Below are positions 26,061 to 37,315 of a DNA stretch of 64,000 nt, piece after piece; positions within the stretch are counted from its first letter, which is position 1; every line of letters begins with the position of its first letter. A program made the translations under genes and the position numbers. This stretch comes from Candidatus Omnitrophota bacterium (GTDB lineage: Bacteria > Omnitrophota > Gorgyraeia > Aquiviventales > Aquiviventaceae): the NCBI GenBank assembly GCA_016180575.1, contig JACPAY010000002.1, forward strand, positions 27,235 through 91,234. The letters are read 5' to 3'. The notes under the pieces are model-generated. The model saw nothing but the letters and a program-made list of their open reading frames with translations, was not told the DNA's origin and did not search any database.

Positions 26061-26660
26061 TTAGGCGGAAAAACCTTTCTTGATGGTGCCGAGGGCGTCG
26101 AGGTTGCGCAGGCTCTGCTGCGCCTCGATGTCGCCTGGGTGGAGCTGGAGGATCCGCTCGAAACAGTGGCGGGCCTTCGGGTCGTCGCCGCGCTTCATGG
26201 CCAGCCGGGAGAGCTTGCGCAGCGCCCCGAGGTGGTTGGGGTCGACGGTGAGCAGCTCCTCGTAGGTCTGCAGCCCGGCGTCATCCAGCCCGCTCTGCGT
26301 GAGGGTGCCCGCCAGGCGCATCAGGAGCGAGCGGGAGCGCGGGGTGAGGCTCAGGAGCCACTCATAGACGTTGATCGCCTGCCGGCTCTGCCCCCGCAGC
26401 TGGCACACGATCGCCCAGCCGCGGAGGGGAAGGGTGGCGAGCAGCAGGCCCGCCTGCGTCAGCGCCGACGGCGGGTGCTGGCTGAATTGTTTCTGCACGG
26501 CGAGGCGCAGATAGCGGCGCGCCTCGGTGGCGTCCGGCGCGTGTCTGACGACGAATGTCAGCAGGTCAACGGCGTACGCGTAGCTGCCCTGCGTGTAGGC
26601 CTGGATGCCCTTGTCGAAATACGGCTGGAGGTCGGTCGGGACCGCGGCGGCGCCGGCCAT
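26061..26660 (-). CDS. TPR-repeat protein
   Basis: 199 aa with repeated A..Y..A helical TPR-like motifs. It is the only confident minus-strand gene in this stretch. Confidence 0.65.
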   Translation of the reverse strand: MAGAAAVPTDLQPYFDKGIQAYTQGSYAYAVDLLTFVVRHAPDATEARRYLRLAVQKQFSQHPPSALTQAGLLLATLPLRGWAIVCQLRGQSRQAINVYEWLLSLTPRSRSLLMRLAGTLTQSGLDDAGLQTYEELLTVDPNHLGALRKLSRLAMKRGDDPKARHCFERILQLHPGDIEAQQSLRNLDALGTIKKGFSA

Positions 26661-26684
26661 GACGCCCTATCATACCACACGTGA

Positions 26685-26712
26685 TTGCAATTTCACCCCC
26701 CATCGCTAGAAT
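26685..26712 (+). promoter_or_regulatory. Sigma-70-like promoter TTGCAA-N16-TAGAAT, placing the def ATG at the predicted transcription start (leaderless)
   Basis: -35 at 26685-90 and -10 at 26707-12. The ATG at 26720 lies 7 nt downstream of the -10 box. Confidence 0.4.
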
Positions 26713-26719
26713 ACCATCA

Positions 26720-27220
26720 ATGGATCATCCGGCCCTGTGCACGGCCCCGCACCCTGCGCTCCGCGCCGTGGCGCGTCCGGTGGAGGCGTTCGCGGAGGAG
26801 GTGCGCCGCCTTGCGCACGACCTCATCGAGACCATGTACGCCCACGACGGCATCGGCCTCGCGGCGCCGCAGATCGGCCGCGATGTCCAGGTCTTCGTGG
26901 CGAACCCCTCGCAGCGGCGTGGGAGCGAGCTCGTCGTCGTCAATCCCGTGCTGCGCGGCTCGCGCGGGCGCGCCTCCGTGACGGAAGGGTGCCTCAGCCT
27001 GCCCAGCATCTGGGCGCGGGTGCGGCGCGCGTCGGCCGTCCGCCTGGAGGGATGGGACCTGGCGGGGAAGCCGCTCGTCGTCGAGGCGGAGGGGCTGCTT
27101 GCCATCGTCCTCCAGCATGAGTGCGATCATCTGCAGGGCCGCTTGTTCATCGACCGCCTGCCGTGGCTCCAGCGCCGCCGGGTGGAGGCGCGGCTCCGCG
27201 ACACTGCCGCATGCGCGTGA
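26720..27220 (+). CDS. def: Peptide deformylase
   Basis: Motifs GIGLAAPQIG, EGCLS and HECDHL. Confidence 0.85.
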   Translation: MDHPALCTAPHPALRAVARPVEAFAEEVRRLAHDLIETMYAHDGIGLAAPQIGRDVQVFVANPSQRRGSELVVVNPVLRGSRGRASVTEGCLSLPSIWARVRRASAVRLEGWDLAGKPLVVEAEGLLAIVLQHECDHLQGRLFIDRLPWLQRRRVEARLRDTAACA

Positions 27221-28134
27221 TGTTTTGCGGCACGGCGGCCTTTGCGGTGCCGAGCCTGGAACGGCTCCTCGCCGCGGGGCACACGATCGCGCGGTGCATC
27301 ACGCAGCCCGACCGGCCCCGGGGCCGGGGGCTCGCCCGTGAACCCTCCCCGGTGAAAGCGGCGGCGCTGCGCCTCCGCGTGCCGCTCGCCCAGCCGGAGC
27401 GCCTTTCGGCGGCGCCGCTGGAGGGCCTGGGCGCGGATGTCGGGGTCGTGGCGGCGTACGGGCAGCTGATTCCCCGGGACGTCCTGGCCTTGAGCCCGCA
27501 TGGGATGTTGGGCGTGCATCCGTCGCTCCTGCCGAAATACCGGGGTGCCGCGCCAGTCGCCTGGGCGCTCTTACACGGCGACACGGTGACCGGGGTCACG
27601 ATTTTCCGCCTCAACGAGCGCCTGGACGCCGGGGACATCCTGCTGCAGCGGCGTATGGAGGTCGAGCCGCGCGAGGACGCCCAGGCGCTCACGAGCCGGT
27701 TGGCGGAGGCGGGGGCCGAGGCGCTGGTGGAGGCGCTGGAGGCGGTGGCGGAGGGCCGAGCGCGCGCCACGCCGCAGGATGAGGCGCAGGCCACCCTGGC
27801 GCCGAAGCTGGCCAAGGCGCAGGGCCGGATTGACTGGCGCGCGCCGGCCGAGACGATTGAGCGGCTCGTGCGCGCGACCGTGCCGTGGCCTGGCGCCTCC
27901 ACCGCGTGGCGGGGCGTCTCCTTGAGGGTGTGGCGCGCCGCAGTCGGGGCGGGCGATTCCGCCTCCGCCCCGCCGGGGACGGTCGCGGCGGCGGGGCAGG
28001 GCATCATTCGTGTGGCGGCCGGGCGAGGGTGCGTGGATCTCCTCGAGGTGCAGCCGGCGGGCCGACGCCGGATGGGTGTTGCGGAGTTCCTCGCCGGCCA
28101 TCGCATGACTGTGGGAGAGCGGTTTGAGACATGA
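27211..28134 (+). CDS. fmt: Methionyl-tRNA formyltransferase
   Basis: N-terminus MRVMFCGTAAFAVPSL, and GVHPSLLPKYRGAAP. Overlaps def by 10 nt. Confidence 0.85.
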   Translation: MRVMFCGTAAFAVPSLERLLAAGHTIARCITQPDRPRGRGLAREPSPVKAAALRLRVPLAQPERLSAAPLEGLGADVGVVAAYGQLIPRDVLALSPHGMLGVHPSLLPKYRGAAPVAWALLHGDTVTGVTIFRLNERLDAGDILLQRRMEVEPREDAQALTSRLAEAGAEALVEALEAVAEGRARATPQDEAQATLAPKLAKAQGRIDWRAPAETIERLVRATVPWPGASTAWRGVSLRVWRAAVGAGDSASAPPGTVAAAGQGIIRVAAGRGCVDLLEVQPAGRRRMGVAEFLAGHRMTVGERFET

Positions 28135-28200
28135 GACAGGAGACAAGTGCAAGCCACACCTGTCCCATGTCCCATGTCCCATGTCCCATGTCTCAGCTTT
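28127..28200. repeat. Family-D palindromic heptamer array (GGACATG x4 and inverse) upstream of GalT-like gene 1
   Basis: gagacatgagacaggagacaagtg...cacctgtcccatgtcccatgtcccatgtcccatgtctc. The fmt stop lies in the left arm. Confidence 0.75.
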
Positions 28201-28204
28201 TCAC

Positions 28205-29287
28205 ATGCCTGAGCTGCGCAAGGATCCCTTGATCGGCCGGTGGGTGATCATCGCCACCGAGCGGGCCAAGCGGCCGGTGGACTTCATCGCGTTCCATGAG
28301 GAGCCGGCGCTGCAGGCCGACTGCCCGTTCTGCGCCGGAAACGAGGCGCGCACGCCCAAGGAGATCCTCGTCCTCCGCGGCGACGGGCCCGGCGCCCCAA
28401 ACGGCTGGCAGGTCCGGGTCGTCCCCAGCATCAACCCGGTGCTGCGCATCGAGGGGGCGCTCAACCGGCGCGGCAAGGGGATGTACGACATGATGGACGG
28501 CATCGGCGCGCATGAGATCGTGGTCGAGAGCCCGCAGCACATCGCCAATGCCGCGGACCTGCCGGTGGAACAGGTCCACGCCGCGCTCCAGGCGTCGATC
28601 GCGCGCATCGCGGACCTGGAGCGCGACCCCCGGTTCCGCTATGCGCTGTGGTTCAAGAACTACGGGTCGGTCGCCGGGGCCGGCCGGATCGAGCACACCC
28701 GGTCCCAGCTGATCGCCACCCCCGTGACCCCGCTGCGGGTCAAGGAGGAGCTGGTCGGCGCGCGGCGCTACTACGAGGACAAGGAGCGCTGCCTCATCTG
28801 CGACCTGCTCTTCCAGGAGCGGGAGGCCAAGCTCCGTGTGGTCATCGACTCGACCCACATCATCGCGCTGTGCCCCTTCGCGTCCCGGTTCCCCTTCGAG
28901 CTCTGGCTCCTCCCCAAACGGCACAACTGCGACTTCGCGAAGATGCAGCCGGAGGAGCTGAGCGACCTCGCGGCGGTCCTCAAGCAGGTCCTCAGCCGGC
29001 TCAAGACGGTGCTGGACGATCCGCCCTACAACGCCCTCCTGCACACCGCGCCCTTCCGCCGGCAGCGCGGGAAGGTCGGCCACTGGAAGACGATCGAGGA
29101 GGACTACCACTGGCACATCGAGCTGATCCCCCGCCTCACGCGGGTGGCGGGCTTTGAGTGGGGCAGCGGGTTCTACATCAACCCCACCCCGCCGGAGGAG
29201 TCGGCGAAGTACCTGCGGGAAGCCGGGGTCGACGTCGGCGAACATGTTGGGACAGGAGACAGGGGACAGGAGACAGGGGACAGGTAA
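28205..29287 (+). CDS. Galactose-1-phosphate uridylyltransferase-like (GalT/HIT superfamily) paralog 1, with HPH replaced by HTR
   Basis: CPFCAGNE zinc motif and FKNYGSVAGAGRIEHTRSQ. The position of the nucleophilic His is Arg (codons 28694-28702). The last approximately 14 aa (GTGDRGQETGDR) are encoded by the family-D array. Confidence 0.7.
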   Translation: MPELRKDPLIGRWVIIATERAKRPVDFIAFHEEPALQADCPFCAGNEARTPKEILVLRGDGPGAPNGWQVRVVPSINPVLRIEGALNRRGKGMYDMMDGIGAHEIVVESPQHIANAADLPVEQVHAALQASIARIADLERDPRFRYALWFKNYGSVAGAGRIEHTRSQLIATPVTPLRVKEELVGARRYYEDKERCLICDLLFQEREAKLRVVIDSTHIIALCPFASRFPFELWLLPKRHNCDFAKMQPEELSDLAAVLKQVLSRLKTVLDDPPYNALLHTAPFRRQRGKVGHWKTIEEDYHWHIELIPRLTRVAGFEWGSGFYINPTPPEESAKYLREAGVDVGEHVGTGDRGQETGDR

Positions 29288-29325
29288 TATGTCTCACGTC
29301 TCTTGTCTCCTGTCTCAGCAATTCC
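29237..29325. repeat. Family-D palindromic heptamer array (GACAGG[A/G] x5 and inverse) upstream of GalT-like gene 2
   Basis: gggacaggagacaggggacaggagacaggggacagg taatat gtctcacgtctcttgtctcctgtctc. It is followed by the conserved CTCAG-N12-CTGAG hairpin with the ATG in its loop. Confidence 0.75.
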
Positions 29326-30330
29326 ATGTCTGAGCTGAGGCGCGATCCCGTCATCGGGCGGTGGAACATCATCGAGGCCGAGGGGCCGGTCGGCCCGGAG
29401 GCGTTCGAGGTGGCGCGGCACACGCCAAGCGGCGGCCGCTGCCCCTTCTGCGTCGGAAACGAGGGGATGACCCCGCCGGAGATCTACACGGTGCGGCCCG
29501 CCGGGAGCGCCGCCAACGGCGCTGGCTGGCAGCTCCGCGTCGTCTCGAACAAGTTCCCCGCGCTCAAGATCGAGGGGGACCTGGACCGCCGCGGCATCGG
29601 CGTCTTCGACTTCTGCAACGGGGTCGGCGCGCACGAGGTGATCATCGAGACGCCCGACCACCAGCGGCAGATGAGCGACCTCTCTCTGGAGGAGCTCTCA
29701 GGCGTCATCACGGCGTTCAAGGTGCGGTCGCTGGACCTCCGGGGCGACCGGCGGTTCCGGTACACGCTCATCTTCAAGAACTTCGGGATCTCCGCCGGGG
29801 CGTCGCTTGAGCACTCGCACTCGCAGCTCATCGCGCTGCCCATCGTCCCGAAGCGGGTCCAGGAGGAGCTGAAGGGCGCGCAGCTCTACTTCGAGTTCCG
29901 CGAGCGCTGCCCCTACTGCGACATGCTCCACCAGGACCTGCAGGAGGATGAGCGGCTGGTCTGCGAGAACCGCTCCTTCGTGGCCCTCTGCCCGTTCATG
30001 TCGGGCTTCCCGTTCGAGGTCTGGATCCTCCCGAAGGAGCACCGGGCCGACTTCGCCCAGATCGGCCCCGAGGCGGTCGGCGATTTCGCGCGGGTCCTCA
30101 GGGAGGTCCTGCTGCGCGTCCGGACGACCCTCTCGAACCCGTCGTACAACTTCATCATCCACACGGCACCCATCGAGACGCGCGAGCGGGAGGAGTACCA
30201 CTGGCACCTGGAGCTGATCCCGAAGCTCACCAAGATCGCCGGCTTCGAGTGGGGGACCGGGTTCTACATCAACCCCACCTCGCCGGAGCGCGCCGCCAAG
30301 GCCCTCCGCGAGGCCGCCCTTCCATCCTGA
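29326..30330 (+). CDS. Galactose-1-phosphate uridylyltransferase-like (GalT/HIT superfamily) paralog 2, canonical HSHSQ
   Basis: CPFCVGNE and FKNFGISAGASLEHSHSQLIALP. Length 334 aa. Confidence 0.8.
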   Translation: MSELRRDPVIGRWNIIEAEGPVGPEAFEVARHTPSGGRCPFCVGNEGMTPPEIYTVRPAGSAANGAGWQLRVVSNKFPALKIEGDLDRRGIGVFDFCNGVGAHEVIIETPDHQRQMSDLSLEELSGVITAFKVRSLDLRGDRRFRYTLIFKNFGISAGASLEHSHSQLIALPIVPKRVQEELKGAQLYFEFRERCPYCDMLHQDLQEDERLVCENRSFVALCPFMSGFPFEVWILPKEHRADFAQIGPEAVGDFARVLREVLLRVRTTLSNPSYNFIIHTAPIETREREEYHWHLELIPKLTKIAGFEWGTGFYINPTSPERAAKALREAALPS

Positions 30331-32661
<2,331 letters not shown>

Positions 32662-32669
<8 letters not shown>

Positions 32670-33438
32670 GCCCATCGTCGCCGGGAACTGGAAGGCGAAC
32701 CTGACGGCGGGGGAGGCGGCCGCCCTCGTGCGGCAGTTGAAGGCCTCCTGCGAAACGGCTGCCGCGGAGGTCGTCGTCTGCCCCCCGTTCACGGCGCTGG
32801 CGGCGGTCGCGCCGCTCCTGAAAGGCTCGCGGATCGCCCTCGGCGCCCAGGACGTCTTCTGGGAGCCGGCCGGCGCGTTCACCGGCGAGGTGACCCCGCC
32901 GATGCTGCGCGATGCCGGCTGCCAGTACGTCATCGTCGGCCACTCGGAGCGCCGGACGCACTTCGGCGAGACGGACCAGATTGTCAGGCGCAAGCTGCAG
33001 GCGGCGCTCGCCCACGGCCTGACCCCGATCGTGTGCATCGGCGAGACGCTGGCCCAGCGGGAGGCCGGGCAGACGTTTGACATCCTGACCAGGCAGCTGG
33101 ACGGGGCGCTGGGTGATTGCCCTCCGGAGACGTGCCGCCGTCTCATTCTGGCCTATGAGCCGGTCTGGGCGATCGGGACCGGGAAGAACGCGACGCCTGA
33201 GCAAGCGCAGGAGGCCCATCAGGCCATCCGCCGGTGGGTGGCGGACCGCTGCGGCTCGTCGGCGGGCGGGGGGATCCGGATTCAATACGGCGGCAGCGTG
33301 ACCCCTGCCAACGCCGCGAGCCTGCTCCAACAGCCGGACGTGGACGGCGCGCTCGTGGGCGGGGCGAGCCTGAAGGCGGACGCATTCAGCGCGATCGTCA
33401 AAGCGGCGAAGACAGGGGCGGCGGCCCCGCACGAATAG
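32662..33438 (+). CDS. tpiA: Triosephosphate isomerase
   Basis: Motifs AGNWKAN, VGHSERR and AYEPVWAIGTG. Confidence 0.92.
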
Positions 33439-33447
33439 GTGGGTGGC

Positions 33448-33837
33448 ATGCTCTATGCGCTGGTGTTGGTGGTCCACGTCCTGGTCTCGTTCTTTCTCGT
33501 CGGCGTCATCCTCCTGCAGGGCGGGCGGGGGGGCCTGGGCGAAGCGCTGGGCGGCTCCGGGACGCAGTCGCTCTTCGGCGGCGGGGCGAACATCGTCATG
33601 ACGAAAATCACCGCGGTGGTCGGGACGCTGTTCATGGTGACGTGCCTCTCCCTGGCGGCGCTCTCCACCGCGCAGGGGCGGTCGGTGATCGACCGCCTGC
33701 CGGCCTCGATCGACCAGCTCCCGTTCACCCTGCCGTCCGAGCCCGCTCCAGCGCCGGCTGCCCCCGAACCGAGCTCCGCCCTCGATCCGGAGCTGACAGA
33801 GCCGCCATCCTCTGAGGCCCCGCAGCCGGCCCCGTAG
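33448..33837 (+). CDS. secG: Preprotein translocase subunit SecG
   Basis: MLYALVLVVHVLVSFFLVGVILLQGGRGGLG is a typical SecG N-terminus. The gene order pgk-tpiA-secG is conserved. Confidence 0.75.
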   Translation: MLYALVLVVHVLVSFFLVGVILLQGGRGGLGEALGGSGTQSLFGGGANIVMTKITAVVGTLFMVTCLSLAALSTAQGRSVIDRLPASIDQLPFTLPSEPAPAPAAPEPSSALDPELTEPPSSEAPQPAP

Positions 33838-33850
33838 CGACGGAGGTCTC

Positions 33851-35470
33851 GTGCGCCCGCGCAAGTGGTTGGTGGCCGGCGCGATCGCCGCGCTCGCCAT
33901 CGGGATCGCCCTTCCGGTTCCCGTGACGGCGCAGTCCCAGCCGGCGTCCGGGGACGCGCTCGTCGTCAGCTCCATCGGGGACGCCAGCCGCCTCCTGCCT
34001 CTCCTCGCCACCGACAGCGCCTCGGGCGACATCGTCGGGCTGCTGTTCAACGGCCTCCTGAAGTACAACGAGCGGCTGGAGATCGTGGGCGACCTCGCCG
34101 AATCGTGGACCGTGAGTCCGGACGGCCTCACGATCACCTTCGTCCTGCGCCCCGGCATCCGCTGGCATGACGGGGCGCCGGTCACGGCGGAGGACGTCCG
34201 GTTCACCTACGAGAAGCTCATCGATCCAGCCGTCCTGACCCCCTACTCGAGCAGCTACCAGCTCGTGGAGGCCGTGGAGGTGCTCGATCCTCGGACCATC
34301 CGCGTGCGCTACCGCGAGCCGTTCGCGCCGGCGCTGGAGAGCTGGATGATGGGCATCATCCCGAAGCACCTGCTCGAGGGGGAGGACCTCAACACGACGC
34401 CGTTCCTGCGCCGGCCCGTGGGGATGGGGCCCTATCGCTTCAGGCGATGGAGCACCGGCGAGCTGATCGAGCTTGCGGCCAACCCGGACTACTTCGAGCA
34501 CCGGCCGCACATCGACCGCTACCTCTACCGCATCATCCCGGACCAGGCCACGGCGTTCCTGGAGCTGCTCACCGGCCAGGTGGACCTGGCGGGGCTTTCG
34601 CCGCTGCAGTACCGCCGGCAGACCGACACCCCGTACATCCGGCGGTCCTACCGGAAGTTCCGCTATCCCTCCTTCGGCTTCACGTACGTCGGCTACAACC
34701 TGCAAGACGCGCGGTTTGCGGACCCGCGGGTGCGGCAGGCGTTCAACCTGGCGATCGACAAGCAATCGCTCATCGACGGGGTGCTCTTCGGCCTCGGCGC
34801 TGCCGCCACCGGGCCGTACCCGCAGGAATCCTGGGCCTACGACCCGTCGATCCAGCCGCCGCCGCCGGATCGGGAGGCGGCCCGGGCGCTGCTGGCGGAG
34901 GCCGGGTGGCGCGACCAGGACGGCGACGGCGTGCTCGACAAGGACGGGCGGCCGTTCCAGTTCACCCTCATCACCAACCAGGGCAACGAGGTGCGCCGGC
35001 AGGTCGCGGAGCTTGTCCAGCAGCAGCTCCGGGCGCTCGGGGTGGACGTGAAGATCCGGATCATCGAGTGGAGCTCGTTCGTCCACGAGTTCATTGACAA
35101 GCGCCGCTTCGAGGCGGTCCTGCTCGGCTGGAGCCTCTCGCGCGACCCGGACCTCTATGACCTCTTCCACTCCTCGAAGACCCGGGAGGGCGAGTACAAC
35201 TTCGTGGGCTACGCGAGCCCCGAGGTGGACCGGCTCCTTGAGCGGGGCCGGCGCGTGTTCGACCAGGCCGAGCGGCAGCGCATCTACCGCGAGGTCCACC
35301 GCCGCCTGGCGGAGGACCAGCCCTACACGTTCCTGTTCGTCCCGGATGCGCTGCCCATCCTCCACGCGCGGTTCCGCAACGTCGCCGCCACCCCCATCGG
35401 CATCGCCTACAACCTCATCGACTGGCACGTGCCGCCGGCGGAGCAGCGCTACCGCCGGATGACGCCATGA
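33851..35470 (+). CDS. ABC transporter substrate-binding protein, family 5 (Opp/Dpp peptide-binding)
   Basis: 539 aa. GTG start preceded by GGAGG. Signal-peptide-like N-terminus and SBP_bac_5-type length and composition. Confidence 0.75.
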   Translation: MRPRKWLVAGAIAALAIGIALPVPVTAQSQPASGDALVVSSIGDASRLLPLLATDSASGDIVGLLFNGLLKYNERLEIVGDLAESWTVSPDGLTITFVLRPGIRWHDGAPVTAEDVRFTYEKLIDPAVLTPYSSSYQLVEAVEVLDPRTIRVRYREPFAPALESWMMGIIPKHLLEGEDLNTTPFLRRPVGMGPYRFRRWSTGELIELAANPDYFEHRPHIDRYLYRIIPDQATAFLELLTGQVDLAGLSPLQYRRQTDTPYIRRSYRKFRYPSFGFTYVGYNLQDARFADPRVRQAFNLAIDKQSLIDGVLFGLGAAATGPYPQESWAYDPSIQPPPPDREAARALLAEAGWRDQDGDGVLDKDGRPFQFTLITNQGNEVRRQVAELVQQQLRALGVDVKIRIIEWSSFVHEFIDKRRFEAVLLGWSLSRDPDLYDLFHSSKTREGEYNFVGYASPEVDRLLERGRRVFDQAERQRIYREVHRRLAEDQPYTFLFVPDALPILHARFRNVAATPIGIAYNLIDWHVPPAEQRYRRMTP

Positions 35471-35504
35471 AAAAGTGCCAGGCTGCTCCATCGAAGACTC
35501 CCGT

Positions 35505-35606
35505 GCGGCCGCGGGTGACGCGGAGCCGGGGACCCCGTCGCCTGCCCGCAGGCCGACCAGGCCGAGGACAGCCGACGGGGTGGCGGCGCGGCAGGACCCG
35601 CGGCCA
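35505..35606 (+). repeat. Family-B element copy 2 (in the 5' leader of the permease gene)
   Basis: Near-identical to copy 1. Confidence 0.8.
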
Positions 35607-35621
35607 AACCGGGGGGCCGAG

Positions 35622-36473
35622 ATGATCGGCTATCTCGCCCGGCGGCTGCTCGGCCTGATCCCCGTCCTGCTCGGCATCACCCTGATCTCGTTCGGCGTCA
35701 TGAAGCTCGCCCCCGGCAAGCCGACCGACGCCGCGGTGCAGTTCAACCCCAAGGCCTCCTTCGAGGCGCGCGAGCGGATGGAGAAGCTCCTGGGCCTCGA
35801 TCAGCCGCTCCATCGCCAGTACCTCCGGTGGCTGGGCCGCGTGGTCCGCTTCGACTTCGAGGTCCGGCCCGGAGGGCTCTTCGACCGGCTGACCACGGTG
35901 CTCGTCTTCATCGGCTACTCCGCGCCGGGATTCTGGCTCGCGCTCCTGGCGATCGGCTGGTTCGGCGTGACGCTGCGCTGGTTCCCGGTCTCCGGCCTCC
36001 ACGCGATCGACCACGAGGCGATGGGGCTTCTCCGGCGCGGCCTGGACGTCGCCTGGCACCTCGCCCTGCCGGTGGGGGTCATGACGTTCGTCGGCCTCGC
36101 CGGGCTCTCGCGGTACGCCCGCTCCGGGATGATCGAGGTCCTGCGGCAGGACTACATCCGCACGGCCCGCGCCAAGGGGCTGCCCGAGCGCCGGGTGCTG
36201 TTCCGCCACGGCCTGCGCAACGCCCTGCTGCCGATCATCACGATCCTGGGGCTCTCGCTTCCCGACCTCATCGCGGGCAGCGTCGTCATGGAGACGGTCT
36301 TCTCCATCCCCGGGATGGGGCGGCTCTTCTACGACGCGGTGATGGCGCGCGACCAGAACGTGGTCATGGCGCTGGTGACCATCGGGGCGCTGCTGACGCT
36401 GCTGGGCAACCTGCTCGCGGACCTGGCGTACGCCTACGCCGACCCGCGCATCCGCGTCAGGGGCGGCAGATGA
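35622..36473 (+). CDS. ABC peptide transporter permease (OppB/DppB-like)
   Basis: MIGYLARRLLGLIPVLLGITLISF is a typical N-terminus. Confidence 0.8.
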   Translation: MIGYLARRLLGLIPVLLGITLISFGVMKLAPGKPTDAAVQFNPKASFEARERMEKLLGLDQPLHRQYLRWLGRVVRFDFEVRPGGLFDRLTTVLVFIGYSAPGFWLALLAIGWFGVTLRWFPVSGLHAIDHEAMGLLRRGLDVAWHLALPVGVMTFVGLAGLSRYARSGMIEVLRQDYIRTARAKGLPERRVLFRHGLRNALLPIITILGLSLPDLIAGSVVMETVFSIPGMGRLFYDAVMARDQNVVMALVTIGALLTLLGNLLADLAYAYADPRIRVRGGR

Positions 36474-37315
36474 AAAAAGTACCGGGTACTTTTCCCGCTT
36501 TGCGAAGTACCCGGTACTTCGGCAACCGGCTGGCGGCGACCGGGGCCGCGGTGCTGCTCCTGCTGGCGGTCATCGCGGTCTGCGCCCCGTGGCTGGCCCC
36601 CTACGACCCCTTGGCCGTCAACCTGCCGGAGGCGCTCCTGGCGCCGTCGCCGGCCCACTGGCTGGGGACGGACCCGCTCGGCCGCGACGTCCTCAGCCGG
36701 CTCATCTTTGGCAGCCGCATCTCGCTCCTCATCGGGTTCATCGCGGTCGGCGTGGCGGTCGTCATCGGGACGGCGGTGGGGCTCCTGGCCGGCTACGCCG
36801 GCGGGCGGTGTGATGCGGCGCTCATGCGCCTGGTGGACACGATGCTCGCGTTTCCCTCCATCTTCCTCCTCCTCGCGGTGATCGCGATCCTGGAGCCGAA
36901 CATCTACAACATCATGGCGGTCATCGGGCTGACGAGCTGGATGGGGGTGGCCCGCCTCGTGCGCGCCGAGATCCTCAGCCTCAAGGAGCGCGACTTCGTG
37001 CTCGCGGCGCGCGCCCTTGGCGCCTCGCCGCTTCGGCTCATGGTCCGCCACCTGCTGCCCAACGCGATGGGGCCGGTGCTGGTGGCCGCGACGCTGGGCG
37101 TCGGCGGCGCCATCCTGACCGAATCGGTGCTGAGCTACCTCGGGCTCGGGGTGCAGCCCCCCACGCCGAGCTGGGGGAACATCCTCAACGAAGGGCGGGT
37201 GGCGCTGGGGATCGCCTGGTGGCTGACGCTCACGCCAGGGGTGTGCATCCTGGTGACGGTGCTCGCGTTCAACCTGCTCGGGGAAGGGATCCGGGATGGC
37301 CTTGCTCGACGTTGA
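36470..37315 (+). CDS. ABC peptide transporter permease (OppC/DppC-like)
   Basis: ATGA overlap with the upstream gene. Typical permease motifs. Confidence 0.8.
   Translation: MKKVPGTFPALRSTRYFGNRLAATGAAVLLLLAVIAVCAPWLAPYDPLAVNLPEALLAPSPAHWLGTDPLGRDVLSRLIFGSRISLLIGFIAVGVAVVIGTAVGLLAGYAGGRCDAALMRLVDTMLAFPSIFLLLAVIAILEPNIYNIMAVIGLTSWMGVARLVRAEILSLKERDFVLAARALGASPLRLMVRHLLPNAMGPVLVAATLGVGGAILTESVLSYLGLGVQPPTPSWGNILNEGRVALGIAWWLTLTPGVCILVTVLAFNLLGEGIRDGLARR
36477..36520. repeat. Paired self-palindromic 15-mers AAGTACCGGGTACTT / AAGTACCCGGTACTT inside the DppC-like N-terminal coding region
   Basis: Same arm, spacer, inverse-arm architecture as family C. It lies in a locally AT-rich, Lys-rich coding stretch. 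Confidence 0.6.

Noticed and set aside
26681-26719. GTG start of def at 26681.
   Set aside because: That start overlaps the predicted -35 and -10 promoter boxes. The ATG at 26720 gives a standard PDF N-terminus directly downstream of the -10 box.
28127-29325. Tandem GGACA heptamer arrays considered as a CRISPR array.
   Set aside because: The units are 7 nt with no spacers, each array is under 80 nt, and the arrays are palindromic. This is incompatible with a CRISPR repeat-spacer organisation.
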